Assembly (NCBI GenBank): GCA_031424175.1
Contig: JANPGY010000008.1
Location: 7,253 to 71,252, forward strand
Direction of reading: 5' to 3'
Origin: Sphingomonadales bacterium
Lineage (GTDB): Bacteria; Pseudomonadota; Alphaproteobacteria; Sphingomonadales; Sphingomonadaceae
DNA length: 64,000 bases
Made by a program: the position numbers and the translations under genes. The notes beneath the pieces are model-generated. The model saw nothing but the letters and a program-made list of their open reading frames with translations, ran no database searches and was not told the origin of the DNA. The number at the start of each line of letters is the position of its first letter. The first letter of the stretch is position 1. Of this stretch, positions 30,410-40,972 are shown in pieces.

Positions 30410-33148
30410 TTAAAACCTGAAGCGGGCCGTCACGCCATAAGTGCGCGGCTCACCGAGAAAGACACCGAAGAGCTGGGTCGACGTGGTGCCGAATGCCGCG
30501 GTCTGCCGCGTCGATCCGCTGCCCTGCAATGGCCCGTCAAAGCTGACCTGCTGAAAATTCTCGTTCAGGACATTCTGCGCCCACAGCTCGATCGCCCATT
30601 TCTGCTCACGGCCCCGCAGGCCGACGCGCGCGTTGAACACGGCGAAGCCATCCTGCACCTTTTCAATGTCGAGATCCGAACCGGTATTGGTATCGCTTTG
30701 CAGGCGCCCATCGACATAGACCAGACCCGAAAGCCCGCTGTCGCCGAGTGGGGGTGTCCAGCTGAACGACGTCGTGGCGACATATTCGGAACTGTTGGAC
30801 AGCCGCGAGCCGGGAAGCTGGAACAGCGCGCCGGGGAAGGCGACGCCGCCCGCGCCCACCAGATTACGGCCATAGCGCGTATTTGTGTATGTCAGCCCCA
30901 TATTGACCGAGACGTAGCGGATCGGGCGAATGAACGCTTCGATCTCGACGCCCTTTGACGAAACCCCTGACTTCGTGCCGCCGGTGCAGGTGCCCGTGGC
31001 GTTGCTCAGATCGCGATCGGCGTTGTTCAGATCGGTCTTGCAGCTCGCCACATTGACGACGATGAAATTGATGCCGTTGAACGTGTTCAGCTGAAAGCCC
31101 TGAAACTTCTGGTAGAAAGCCGCGATGTTCAGGTCGAAGCCGGGCTTGTTGAGTTTGGTGCCGATTTCAAACGCATCGACGATTTCGGGTTCGAACGTCA
31201 ATTGCTGGGTGTTCGGAGCGCCATAGGTGAGCCCCGACCGGTCAAGGTTGAAACCGCCTGCCTTATAGCCACGCGAATAGCTGCCGTAGACGAGCAACCC
31301 GTCGGTTGGCTTGATGCTGAGCACGGCGGTCCCGGTGATCCTGTCCTCGCTCTTTTTCGACCCGTTCTGGGTGTAGGAGCCGTTCGGAACATTCGGAATC
31401 ACGCACGGAAGCGCTGCAAGCCCTGACAATGTGGAGCTTGCTCGGAGCGTGGCGCACAGCGTGTTGTTATCGGTAAAGCTCGCATCGAGCGTCTTGCGCT
31501 CATTGGTGTAACGGGCGCCCAGCGTCAGCGAAATGGCATCGTTGAGGCGGATGACGTTGTGCGTGAAAACGGCAAAGTTCTGACTCTTCTGACGAAAATT
31601 GTCATCGAGCCGAACGCCGTTGAGCTGTGCTGCCGGGGTGCCAGCCGCCGCCGCGACTGCACGATATCCAAAGACGCCGGGTATCGCGAGGCCGCCGAAC
31701 AGGGCGACAGGGCCACGCAGCGCTGCGGGCGACGCCGGATTTGTGACGATGGCCACGGCGGTTGCCCGGTCCGAGCAGCCCGCGCTCCCCGGTGAAACGA
31801 GACCGGGTCGGCCGGCCGATGCTGCGAGGCCGGCGACCACGACGCAATTGGCATAGCGTTCAAAATCGCTGCCATATTCAAGGTTATCGCGGAGCTTTAG
31901 TATCTCGTTCGCGTAAAAGCCCCCGATCAGCCAGTCGAGCTTGCCGTCGAACACGCTGCCCTGAAGCCGCAGTTCCTGCGTAAAGGTCTGGAAGCTCTGG
32001 CGCTGGGCATTGGCGTCCGTTCCCGGGCGCTGAAGAATCGAAAGATTGTTGTAATCGGCATCCTGCCCGCGCGTCAGCCGCCAGTCGCGATAGGCGGTGA
32101 TAGAGGTGAAGTTGGTATCGCCAAAGCTCGCATTGACTTCGGCTGAGACGCCGCCGTCCTTCACGTCGCCGCGATAGCCGATGCCCGGCGTGATCGAGAC
32201 CTGGCGTGCATAGGTATCGTCGCTGATGATCCCGCCAAGCCCACGCTCGATCGCCGCGATCGAACTGGGCGAGAAGGTCAGCGCACCGTCGGTCCCCCGG
32301 CTAACGTTGCGCGCAGGCAGGAAAGTGGCCCCGCAGCATTCTTCCTTGCGCTCGGCATAGTCGCCGATCAGGCGGACCGAGAAATCCTCATTGGGCTGGA
32401 ACAGCACCTGCCCGCGCGCGAGCCAGCGATCGCGGTTGTTGATCCGGCGGCCCGATACGGCGTCGCGCAAAAAACCGTCGCGCTTGAAATAAACGCCGTC
32501 GAGGCGCGCCGCGAGCTGTTCGCTGAGCGGACCGGTTACGCCGCCGGCAACGCGATAGGTTTCATAATTGCCATAGGTCGCCTCGCCCTCGGCCCCGAAA
32601 TCGAACTGCGGCTTTGCCGTGATCACCGAGATGAGCCCCGCCGACGCGTTGCGACCGAACAATGTGCCCTGCGGTCCGCGCAAAACCTCGATCCGGTCGA
32701 TCGCGCCAAGCTCGCTCAGCCCAACACCCGCACGGTTGCGGTAAACGCCGTCGATAAAGGTGGCGACCGAGCTTTCAAGGCCAGGATTGTCACCCACCGT
32801 GCCGATGCCGCGGATCCGCGCGCCGCCCGCCGCGGCTTCCGACGATGTCGACGATACCAGAAGCGAAGGCGAAAGCTGGTTGAGCGCACGGATATCGCTC
32901 GCGCCCGAATTCTGGAGCGTCGCCGCGGTGACCGCCGAAACCGCCAGCGGAATGTCAGACAGCGCCTCCGAACGGCGCGTCGCCGTCACGATGATGTCGC
33001 CGGTATTGCCGTCGTCAACCGGTGCGCCTTGCGCACTACCGTCCCGGGCAGGGCTCTGCGGCGCGGCGTCCTGCGCGACTGCGGGAGCCGCGAAAGCACA
33101 GGCAAGAACCGTCGGGGCAACCGAAAGCATCAGTCGGAATTTCGGCAT
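30410..33148 (-). CDS. TonB-dependent receptor
   Basis: Signal peptide, DIIVTATRR, IEVLRGPQGTLFGRNASAG plug motif, C-terminal EPRTYGVTARFRF. Confidence 0.93.
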   Translation of the reverse strand: MPKFRLMLSVAPTVLACAFAAPAVAQDAAPQSPARDGSAQGAPVDDGNTGDIIVTATRRSEALSDIPLAVSAVTAATLQNSGASDIRALNQLSPSLLVSSTSSEAAAGGARIRGIGTVGDNPGLESSVATFIDGVYRNRAGVGLSELGAIDRIEVLRGPQGTLFGRNASAGLISVITAKPQFDFGAEGEATYGNYETYRVAGGVTGPLSEQLAARLDGVYFKRDGFLRDAVSGRRINNRDRWLARGQVLFQPNEDFSVRLIGDYAERKEECCGATFLPARNVSRGTDGALTFSPSSIAAIERGLGGIISDDTYARQVSITPGIGYRGDVKDGGVSAEVNASFGDTNFTSITAYRDWRLTRGQDADYNNLSILQRPGTDANAQRQSFQTFTQELRLQGSVFDGKLDWLIGGFYANEILKLRDNLEYGSDFERYANCVVVAGLAASAGRPGLVSPGSAGCSDRATAVAIVTNPASPAALRGPVALFGGLAIPGVFGYRAVAAAAGTPAAQLNGVRLDDNFRQKSQNFAVFTHNVIRLNDAISLTLGARYTNERKTLDASFTDNNTLCATLRASSTLSGLAALPCVIPNVPNGSYTQNGSKKSEDRITGTAVLSIKPTDGLLVYGSYSRGYKAGGFNLDRSGLTYGAPNTQQLTFEPEIVDAFEIGTKLNKPGFDLNIAAFYQKFQGFQLNTFNGINFIVVNVASCKTDLNNADRDLSNATGTCTGGTKSGVSSKGVEIEAFIRPIRYVSVNMGLTYTNTRYGRNLVGAGGVAFPGALFQLPGSRLSNSSEYVATTSFSWTPPLGDSGLSGLVYVDGRLQSDTNTGSDLDIEKVQDGFAVFNARVGLRGREQKWAIELWAQNVLNENFQQVSFDGPLQGSGSTRQTAAFGTTSTQLFGVFLGEPRTYGVTARFRF

Positions 33149-33312
33149 ATCTCTCTCCTCAGCGCGGGAGCTGACGTCCCGGTTGAGCGATGCTACCGTT
33201 TTTGATTCGCCCCGGCCAGCATGAGCGTGAAAGTCGGCCATTTTCGGTTCTGTCGCGGCCTTTTTGCAACAGTGTGACGCGCCCGACGGCCGGGTGCGGC
33301 CTTCACCGGGCT

Positions 33313-33864
33313 TTACTTGGGCGCGACGACCATCAGCATCTGCCGCCCTTCAAAGCGCGGGTGCTGTTCGATCTTGGCGATTTCCGCGACATCGCCCTGC
33401 ACGCGCTGCAGCAGCGCCATGCCGAGATTGCCGTGCGCAAGTTCGCGGCCACGGAAACGCAACGTCACCTTGACCTTGTCGCCCTCACCGATGAACTCGT
33501 GAATCTTTTTCATCTTCGTATCATAGTCATGATCGTCGATATTCGGACGCATCTTGATTTCTTTGATTTCCTGGATGTGCTGCGATTTGCGCGCCAGGTT
33601 CGCTTTCTTCTGCGCCTCATATTTGAACTTGCCGACATCGAGATATTTGGCAACCGGTGGATCGGCGTTCGGCGAAACCTCGACCAGATCGAGCCCCAGC
33701 TCGCGGGCCGCATCCATCGCTTCGCGGGTATACATCACGCCCAGATTTTCACCGTCCTGATCGATCACCCGCACCTTCGGCGACTGGATGAACTCATTGA
33801 AACGGGGGCCATTGAGCGGCATCGGGGGCTGACCGAGCGGGCGGCGCATCATGGGCGGTGGTAT
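33313..33864 (-). CDS. infC: Translation initiation factor IF-3 (probable AUA start at 33864; first ATG 33852)
   Basis: [38 protein letters not shown]. Confidence 0.95.
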   Translation of the reverse strand: MPPPMMRRPLGQPPMPLNGPRFNEFIQSPKVRVIDQDGENLGVMYTREAMDAARELGLDLVEVSPNADPPVAKYLDVGKFKYEAQKKANLARKSQHIQEIKEIKMRPNIDDHDYDTKMKKIHEFIGEGDKVKVTLRFRGRELAHGNLGMALLQRVQGDVAEIAKIEQHPRFEGRQMLMVVAPK

Positions 33865-33988
33865 GGTCGAAACTCCTGCTTACTGAAAACATACAGTCTC
33901 CCATCTAGGGCATCGGCCGCTGCGGGAAAAGGCCCGCGGGCCGATTTCAGGCACGCTGTGGCCAATCGGTCGCATGAACAGCGCGGCA

Positions 33989-36001
33989 TCACGTGCCCGG
34001 CGGCGCGACGGAATGACGGCGATCGGGTTCGAGCGCCGCCTCGGCAAGCATCGCGATCGCCCGGGGCAGTGGCATGATGCGCTGGCCATCGCTCCCCAAA
34101 GTGCGGATCGCGACAGTTTCCTCCGCAGCTTCGCGCTTGCCGACGACAAGCAGGTACGGGACGTGCGCCAGCGAATGGTCGCGCACCTTGTAGTTGATCT
34201 TTTCGTTGCGCGTGTCGGACGTGACGCGCAGCCCGGCGTCCGCCAGTGCCGCGTGAACCCGACCGGCATAGTCGTTCGCATCCGACACGATCGTCGCGAC
34301 GACTGCCTGTACCGGCGCGAGCCAGAGCGGAAAGCGGCCTGCATAATGTTCGATCAGGATACCGATAAAGCGTTCGTAACTGCCGAAAATCGCGCGGTGC
34401 AGCATGACCGGCCGGTGTTTCGCGCCGTCTTCGCCGACATAGCTCGCGTCCAGCCTTTCGGGCAGCACGCGATCGGATTGCAGCGTACCGACCTGCCAGG
34501 TGCGCCCGATCGCGTCGGTCAGATGCCACTCGAGCTTGGGCGCGTAGAACGCCCCCTCGCCGGGCAGCTCTTCCCAGCCATAGTCCGCCGTTGCGAGGCC
34601 GGCGCGCTCCACGGCGTCGCGCAGCTCCTGCTCGGCCTTGTCCCAGTCGGCATCGCTGCCGAAACGCTTGTCAGGGCGAAGCGCCAGCTTGATGGCATAG
34701 GTGAAGCCGAAATCACGGTAGATACGGTCCGCGAGCGCGCAGAACGCCTGGGCCTCACCCACGATCTGATCCTCGCGGCAAAAGATATGCGCGTCATCCT
34801 GGGTGAACTGGCGGACGCGCATCAGCCCGTGAAGCGCACCGTGCGGTTCGTTCCGGTGGCAGCAGCCATGTTCATAGAGCCGCAGCGGCAGATCGCGGTA
34901 GGATTTGATCCCCTGGCGGAAGACGAGAACATGCGCCGGGCAGTTCATCGGCTTCAGCGCCATCCAGTCGGCATCGCCCGCGACGGCGGGCGATCCGTCT
35001 TCGCCATCGGGCACGATATCGGGCACCGCGAACATGTTTTCGGCATATTTGCCCCAATGGCCCGATGCTTCCCACTGGCGGACGTCCATCAGCTGTGGCG
35101 TCTTTATTTCGGCATAGCCCGCGGCGTCGATCGCGCGCCGCATATAGGCTTCGAGCGCGCGCCAGATGGTAAAGCCGTGCGGATGCCAGAATACGCTGCC
35201 ATGCGCTTCGGCCTGGAGGTGGAACAGATCCATGTTCTGCCCGATGCGGCGATGATCGCGCTTGGCCGCCTCTTCGAGCCTGACCAGATGCGCGTCGAGC
35301 TGTTTCTTGGTGAGCCAGCCGGTCCCGTAAATGCGGCTGAGCATCGCATTGGCCTGATCGCCGCGCCAGTAAGCACCCGATACGCGCGTGAGCCTGAAGG
35401 CCTGCGGATCGAGCTTGCCCGTCGAGGCGAGGTGCGGCCCGCGGCACATGTCCATCCATTCGCCGCTGCGATAAACCGTCAGCTCGTCGCCTTCGGGAAG
35501 CCCGGCCGCCCATTCGGCCTTGAAATGTTCGCCGGTCGCCTGCCACCGCGCGATGAGATCGGCACGATCCCACACCTCGCGAACCAGCGGCTCGTCGCGT
35601 GCGATGATCCTGCGCATCTCCGCCTCGATCGCGGGCAGGTCGTCTTCGGTGAAGGGGCGCTTGGCAGGCGCGAAATCATAGTAGAAGCCATCGTCGGTCG
35701 ACGGGCCGAAGGTGATCTGCGTGCCGGGGAACAGGTTCTGCACCGCCTCGGCAAGCACATGCGCATAATCGTGGCGCACCAGTTCGAGCGCGTCTGCCTC
35801 ATCGCGCGCCGTCACAAGCGCAAGCGTCGCATTCTGATCGAGCGGTCGCCCGATATCGCGCAGCTCGCCATTGACGCGGGCTGCAAGCGCGGCTTTGGCA
35901 AGCCCGGGGCCGATCGCGGCGGCGATATCCGCCGGCGTCGTGCCTGGCGCAACGTCGCGGACCGAACCGTCGGGCAGGCTGATTTTCAGGAGTGCTGACA
36001 T
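33989..36001 (-). CDS. thrS: Threonine--tRNA ligase
   Basis: TGS N-terminus, MCRGPH, KPMNCPAH, RVRQFTQDDAH, HRAIFGSYERF. Confidence 0.97.
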   Translation of the reverse strand: MSALLKISLPDGSVRDVAPGTTPADIAAAIGPGLAKAALAARVNGELRDIGRPLDQNATLALVTARDEADALELVRHDYAHVLAEAVQNLFPGTQITFGPSTDDGFYYDFAPAKRPFTEDDLPAIEAEMRRIIARDEPLVREVWDRADLIARWQATGEHFKAEWAAGLPEGDELTVYRSGEWMDMCRGPHLASTGKLDPQAFRLTRVSGAYWRGDQANAMLSRIYGTGWLTKKQLDAHLVRLEEAAKRDHRRIGQNMDLFHLQAEAHGSVFWHPHGFTIWRALEAYMRRAIDAAGYAEIKTPQLMDVRQWEASGHWGKYAENMFAVPDIVPDGEDGSPAVAGDADWMALKPMNCPAHVLVFRQGIKSYRDLPLRLYEHGCCHRNEPHGALHGLMRVRQFTQDDAHIFCREDQIVGEAQAFCALADRIYRDFGFTYAIKLALRPDKRFGSDADWDKAEQELRDAVERAGLATADYGWEELPGEGAFYAPKLEWHLTDAIGRTWQVGTLQSDRVLPERLDASYVGEDGAKHRPVMLHRAIFGSYERFIGILIEHYAGRFPLWLAPVQAVVATIVSDANDYAGRVHAALADAGLRVTSDTRNEKINYKVRDHSLAHVPYLLVVGKREAAEETVAIRTLGSDGQRIMPLPRAIAMLAEAALEPDRRHSVAPPGT

Positions 36002-36048
36002 TGCCCGGCCTATGGCGAACCCCGCGCCGCGGAGCAAGGCAGCCCGTT

Positions 36049-36885
36049 TCAGCCGAACGGAACGACCTTGTTTTCGGCGTCATGGCCGATATCGGCGCGG
36101 CCGAGCCAGGCGATGCCCGAAACGGCGCACCAGTGGCGCGCGATCGCGACTTCGTCCTGCCCGAAATCGATCACATTGGGTTTGATCGGGTTGCACCGCC
36201 CGAGCATGATCCCCGCCGAGCGCCGCACGCCGGGGTTCGCGGTCACGTGATAAAGGCTGCGATCGATACGGTAGAGTTCCTCGTCGACTTCCTCGAGCAT
36301 CAGTACGCGGCCGGTGAGATCAGGCTGGAGCGGCCCGCCGATCAACTGCGAGAAGACGATCAGATTGAATGCGGCATAGCGCGTGTCGCCTGCGAGCGAT
36401 GCCTGCCCCTCGTCGAAATATTCGAGCCGCGGCGGCTGCCCGCGCATCAGCCAGTCGAGGCTGCGCGCCACCGCGGCCGCGCCGCCCTCGCGGTTGATAT
36501 CGATCGGCATCGGCGCGTGGACCGGGCGGCCAATGCCGCTGGCGAGCAGCCCAGCAAGCAGAAACCCGGCGTCGCTATAGCCAAGGAACGGCTTGTTCCG
36601 CGCATGTGGGCCCATGAGTGCGATTGCCTCTGCCGCGATCCGGTTTGCGCCATAGCCCCCGCGCGCGCACCAGATGGCGTCGAAACGGGGATCGTTCGCT
36701 ACCTCGACGATCGCGTCGCGCCGGTCGCGGTCCGGCCCCGCGAAATGCCCCGACGACTGGAAACATTGCGGGTGAAAAACGATGTCCGGGGCCTGCCCGC
36801 CATAGCGTTCGGCGGCGAGCGCGCGGACCCGGCCGGGCACGTCGGACGGCAGCATGTTCGACGGCGCGACAACGGCGATGCGCAA
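36049..36885 (-). CDS. LD-carboxypeptidase (peptidase S66, LdcA-like)
   Basis: IAVVAPS, RGGYGA, GYSD (Ser nucleophile), LEEVDE, GH. Confidence 0.88.
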   Translation of the reverse strand: MRIAVVAPSNMLPSDVPGRVRALAAERYGGQAPDIVFHPQCFQSSGHFAGPDRDRRDAIVEVANDPRFDAIWCARGGYGANRIAAEAIALMGPHARNKPFLGYSDAGFLLAGLLASGIGRPVHAPMPIDINREGGAAAVARSLDWLMRGQPPRLEYFDEGQASLAGDTRYAAFNLIVFSQLIGGPLQPDLTGRVLMLEEVDEELYRIDRSLYHVTANPGVRRSAGIMLGRCNPIKPNVIDFGQDEVAIARHWCAVSGIAWLGRADIGHDAENKVVPFG

Positions 36886-36926
36886 GGCTTGCCCCCTTTC
36901 CCGCGAACGATGATAGCGCCGGGATC

Positions 36927-38276
36927 ATGAAAAGCTATTTCTTCGTTGGCATCGGCGGCTCGGGAATGCTTCCGCTGGCCGAGATCGTGGCGGCGCAGGG
37001 AAACGTCGTCGCCGGATCCGATCGTTCGTTCGATCAGGGGCGTCTCGATGCCAAGTTCGAGGCGCTGGCGGCAAAGGGCATCGGCCTTCATCCCCAGGAT
37101 GGCAGCGGGATCGTGTCGCCCGGGCAGATCGTCGTCGCCTCGGCAGCGGTCGAGCCGCATGTGCCAGACATTGTCCGCGCGACCGGCCTTGGCTGTGCGC
37201 GGATGACGCGCGCGCAATTGCTCGCCGAACTGTTCAACGCCGCTACCGTCAGCATCGCGGTGGGTGGCACGAGTGGCAAATCGACCGTGACGGGCATGAT
37301 CGGGTGGATCCTTGATCAGTGCGGATGGGATCCGACGATCATGAACGGTGCGGTCATGAAAAATTACGCCAGCGGATCGCGGGTGAGCGGCGGTTCGCAC
37401 CATGACCGCGTGTTCGTCAGCGAGGTTGATGAAAGCGACGGGAGCATTGCGCTTTACCGGCCCGGCGTTGCGGTGCTGAACAACGTCGCCGTGGACCATA
37501 AGTCGATGGCCGAGTTGCGCGCGCTTTTCGCCGCATTCCTCGCTGCATCGGAAACGGTCGTCGTGAACGCGGATAATGCGGAGGCACTCACTTTGCTTCC
37601 GGGAAACCGCCCTCACCGGACATTCGGCATTGCCGCCCCTGCCGATTTGCAGGCGGCCAAGATCGTCGAATGGCCCGACGCTACTCATTTTTCTGTCAAT
37701 GGAATCGATGTCGCCCTGCCCCTTCCCGGCAGGCACAATGTTTCCAACGCGCTCGCAGCTTTGGCGGGGGCCACCTCGATCGGCATTCCGCTCGCCGACG
37801 CCGTGGCAGCCCTTGAAGGATTTTCGGGCCTGAAGCGCCGCATGGAAACCGTCGGCAGCGCAAACGGCGTGGCCGTGATCGATGATTTCGGCCATAATCC
37901 CGACAAGATCGCCGCCACGCTTGGCGCGCTGCACGCCTTTCCCGGCCGACTGCTCGTCCTGTTTCAGCCGCATGGCTATGGGCCGCTGAAACAGATGGGG
38001 CACGAACTTGCGGAAAGCTTCCGTAGCAATCTGCACGATAGCGACAGGCTGCTGATCTGCGATCCGGCCTATTTCGGCGGCACGGTGGACAGGAGCGTCG
38101 GGGCGGATGCGCTCGTATCGATGATCGGCAGCGCCGCCAGCTACATCCCCGAGCGCGACGACTGCGCAGACCGGCTGATCGCGCTTGCGCGGCCGGGCGA
38201 CCGTATCATCGTGATGGGTGCGCGGGACGATACGCTTTCGCAGTTTGCGCAGTCGCTACTGAGACGGCTAAGCTAG
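36927..38276 (+). CDS. MurC/Mpl-like Mur ligase
   Basis: FVGIGGSGM, GTSGKSTVT, EVDESD, GLKRR, DDFGHNP, FQPHG. Confidence 0.85.
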   Translation: MKSYFFVGIGGSGMLPLAEIVAAQGNVVAGSDRSFDQGRLDAKFEALAAKGIGLHPQDGSGIVSPGQIVVASAAVEPHVPDIVRATGLGCARMTRAQLLAELFNAATVSIAVGGTSGKSTVTGMIGWILDQCGWDPTIMNGAVMKNYASGSRVSGGSHHDRVFVSEVDESDGSIALYRPGVAVLNNVAVDHKSMAELRALFAAFLAASETVVVNADNAEALTLLPGNRPHRTFGIAAPADLQAAKIVEWPDATHFSVNGIDVALPLPGRHNVSNALAALAGATSIGIPLADAVAALEGFSGLKRRMETVGSANGVAVIDDFGHNPDKIAATLGALHAFPGRLLVLFQPHGYGPLKQMGHELAESFRSNLHDSDRLLICDPAYFGGTVDRSVGADALVSMIGSAASYIPERDDCADRLIALARPGDRIIVMGARDDTLSQFAQSLLRRLS

Positions 38277-38298
38277 AAGAAATTGCAGGAAATGCGGC

Positions 38299-39618
38299 GT
38301 GGCCAAACGGTTGACACTTTACATCATGATCGGGCTCGTTGCCGGGATCGTCATCGGTGCCCTGATGCACGAAATAATGAGCCCCGGAGCCGTCAACGAG
38401 GCGAGTAAATATTTCAAGCTGGTGACCGACATCTTTTTGCGTCTCATCAAGATGATCGTGGCGCCGCTTGTCTTTGCAACGCTTGTCGTCGGTATCGTTC
38501 ATATGGGCGATACATCGTCGCTGGGTCGCGTCGGCGCGAAAACGATGGTCTGGTTCATGGGCGCAACGCTCGTTTCGCTGACGTTGGGCATGATTCTGGT
38601 AAACGCGCTCCAGCCGGGCATCAATTCCGGACTCGATCTCGCAAAGGCGGTCGGCAGCACGGGCATCGACGCCAAGCACGGCGACATATTCCAGGTCATC
38701 ACCGAGATGGTCCCGAGATCGATCTTCGAGGCGATGGCGAACACGACGATGCTCCAGATCGTCATCTTTTCGGTATTTTTCGGCGTTGCGCTTTCGACGG
38801 CAGGCGAAAAGGGAGCGCCGATCGTCAAGGGAATCGATGCGCTTGTCGAGGTCATGCTGATCGTCACCAATTTCGTGATGCTCGGTTCGCCGCTGGCGGT
38901 GTTTGCGGCCATGGCAAAGGCGGTGTCGGTCAACGGCCTCGAAGTGCTTCTCACGTTCGGAAAGTTCATCGGCAGCTTCTACCTGGGACTCGGCGTTCTG
39001 TGGGTTGCGCTCATCTTTGCCGGCTTCCTCGTCATCGGCTCGCGGATCGTCGCGCTGCTCGGCTATATCCGCGATCCGATCCTGCTTGCCTTTTCTACCG
39101 CATCGTCCGAGGTCGCCTATCCGCGCACGCTCGAGGCGCTCGACCGGTTCGGCGTGCCCAACCGCATCTCGAGCTTCGTGCTGCCGCTCGGCTATTCGTT
39201 CAATCTCGACGGATCGATGATGTACATGACGTTCGCGTCGATCTTCGTCGCGCAGCTTTATGGCATCAACCTGACGACGGGGCAGGAAATCACGATGCTG
39301 CTGACGTTGCTCGTCACATCGAAGGGCATGGCCGCGGTGCCGCGCGCATCTTTGGTCGTCATCGCGGGAACGATGGCGCAGTTCGGCCTGCCCGAAGCCG
39401 GGCTCGTCCTCATCCTCGCGGTCGATCAGTTCCTCGACATGGGGCGCACCGGCACCAACGTCGTCGGCAATGCGATCGCCACCGCTGTCGTCGCCCGATG
39501 GGAAGGGGCGCTTGATCCGCCCGAATCCCCCTTCATTGAAAGTCCGCCCGCGCCATCGGCATCGCGCGGCACTGCCCATCCCGCGCCCCGCGAAGGCACG
39601 GCGGGCGGCGTCAGCTGA
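38299..39618 (+). CDS. Dicarboxylate/amino acid:cation symporter (DAACS)
   Basis: FLRLIKMIV, FSTASSE, GYSFNLDG, LTSKG-like VTSKG, DMGRT. Confidence 0.93.
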   Translation: MAKRLTLYIMIGLVAGIVIGALMHEIMSPGAVNEASKYFKLVTDIFLRLIKMIVAPLVFATLVVGIVHMGDTSSLGRVGAKTMVWFMGATLVSLTLGMILVNALQPGINSGLDLAKAVGSTGIDAKHGDIFQVITEMVPRSIFEAMANTTMLQIVIFSVFFGVALSTAGEKGAPIVKGIDALVEVMLIVTNFVMLGSPLAVFAAMAKAVSVNGLEVLLTFGKFIGSFYLGLGVLWVALIFAGFLVIGSRIVALLGYIRDPILLAFSTASSEVAYPRTLEALDRFGVPNRISSFVLPLGYSFNLDGSMMYMTFASIFVAQLYGINLTTGQEITMLLTLLVTSKGMAAVPRASLVVIAGTMAQFGLPEAGLVLILAVDQFLDMGRTGTNVVGNAIATAVVARWEGALDPPESPFIESPPAPSASRGTAHPAPREGTAGGVS

Positions 39619-39628
39619 GGAGAAAACG

Positions 39629-39883
39629 GTGATCGACCGCCTGTTCCTGTCGCACCCGCGCACCGTGGGTGAGGGTTATTGGGAGCATTTCCGCGTCGCG
39701 GGGAGCTTCGGCATGGCGATGATCGGGGGCGGCATGAAGGCTCTTGTCCACGCGGTTTTCCCCAATGCCTATGAAGCCGCGGGAAGCGAGACCATCCGCC
39801 GCCTGCACGCGATCATGGTCGAAAAACGCGGAAGCCGCCGCGACGCGACGATGGAAATGCTTTCTGTCGAGTGGATCATTTGA
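39629..39883 (+). CDS. Small conserved protein (DUF6356-like)
   Basis: FLSHPRTVGEGYWEHF...HAVFP; RBS GAGGAG before GTG. Confidence 0.75.
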   Translation: MIDRLFLSHPRTVGEGYWEHFRVAGSFGMAMIGGGMKALVHAVFPNAYEAAGSETIRRLHAIMVEKRGSRRDATMEMLSVEWII

Positions 39884-39910
39884 TAGGCCACCGTTGAAGG
39901 CGGGGGCTTC

Positions 39911-40966
39911 ATGACAGATTCAGACGAGCAGAGCGCATTTGATTTTACCGGCAACTGGCGCGATTTCGCGCCGATCGCCTTCACCAATGTTGCGCTGACG
40001 ATCGTCACGCTCGGCTTTTACCGCTTCTGGGCGACGGCGCGCACCCGCCGTTATTTGTGGAGCCGCAGCCAGTTTATCGGCACGCCGCTCGAATACACCG
40101 GCACCGGAACTGAGCTTTTCATCGGCTTCCTCATGGCGCTCTTCGTCCTCGCGCTCCCGCTGCTCTTCGTGCAGTTCGGCATGCAGGCACTGATCCTTCG
40201 CGGCTATGCGCTGCTTGTTGGTATCATTCTTTTCGTCCTGTATTTCCTGCTGATGTATCTGACCGGCGTCGCCCGCTTCCGTGCGATCCGCTATCGCCTC
40301 AGCCGGACCCTGTGGCGCGGCATCCGCGGCGGATCCGACGAACAGGGGTTCGGCTACGGGGTCACCTATGTGTGGAGGTCGATCGTCGGCGTGCTGGCGG
40401 CGGGACTGCTCATCCCTTGGGCGATGGTCAATCTGTGGAACGCACGCTGGAACCGGATGAGCTTTGGTACCGAGCCGGTCTCCGCGCAGGCGGCGACGGG
40501 GCCGATCATCGGGCGTTTCCTGCTCTTCTACCTCGTGCCGCTCCTTGCTGTAGTCGCCGGGTTTGTGATCGGCGCTTCGGGCATCAGCGCTCCGATGGGG
40601 CTTTCGATCACGCATTCTCTCATCCTTCTGCTGACCATCTTTTATCTCGTGCTGCCGATCATCGCCCTGTCGTTTTACGCCGCCTATTTCCGCAACGTCG
40701 TCAGTGATATGCACTGGGCGGGGCTCGATGTCAGCTTCGAGGCTCGGACGAAGGACTGGCTCTTCCTTGCGCTCGGCAGCCTCGGGCTCGTCATCGTCAC
40801 GCTCGGGATCGGCGTAATCTTCCTCCAATATCGTAACTGGCGCTTCTTCATGACGCACCTCCATGCCTTTGGCGAAATCGATCTTGCCGCGCTTGGACAG
40901 TCGGACACGCCCGAGCCGTCGCAGGGCGAGGGGCTGCTCGACGCATTCGATGTCGGCGCGCTGTAG
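39911..40966 (+). CDS. YjgN / DUF898 family membrane protein
   Basis: FDFTG, LTIVTLGFYRFWA..RTRRYLW, YTGTGTELF. Confidence 0.9.
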   Translation: MTDSDEQSAFDFTGNWRDFAPIAFTNVALTIVTLGFYRFWATARTRRYLWSRSQFIGTPLEYTGTGTELFIGFLMALFVLALPLLFVQFGMQALILRGYALLVGIILFVLYFLLMYLTGVARFRAIRYRLSRTLWRGIRGGSDEQGFGYGVTYVWRSIVGVLAAGLLIPWAMVNLWNARWNRMSFGTEPVSAQAATGPIIGRFLLFYLVPLLAVVAGFVIGASGISAPMGLSITHSLILLLTIFYLVLPIIALSFYAAYFRNVVSDMHWAGLDVSFEARTKDWLFLALGSLGLVIVTLGIGVIFLQYRNWRFFMTHLHAFGEIDLAALGQSDTPEPSQGEGLLDAFDVGAL

Positions 40967-40972
40967 CAATCC

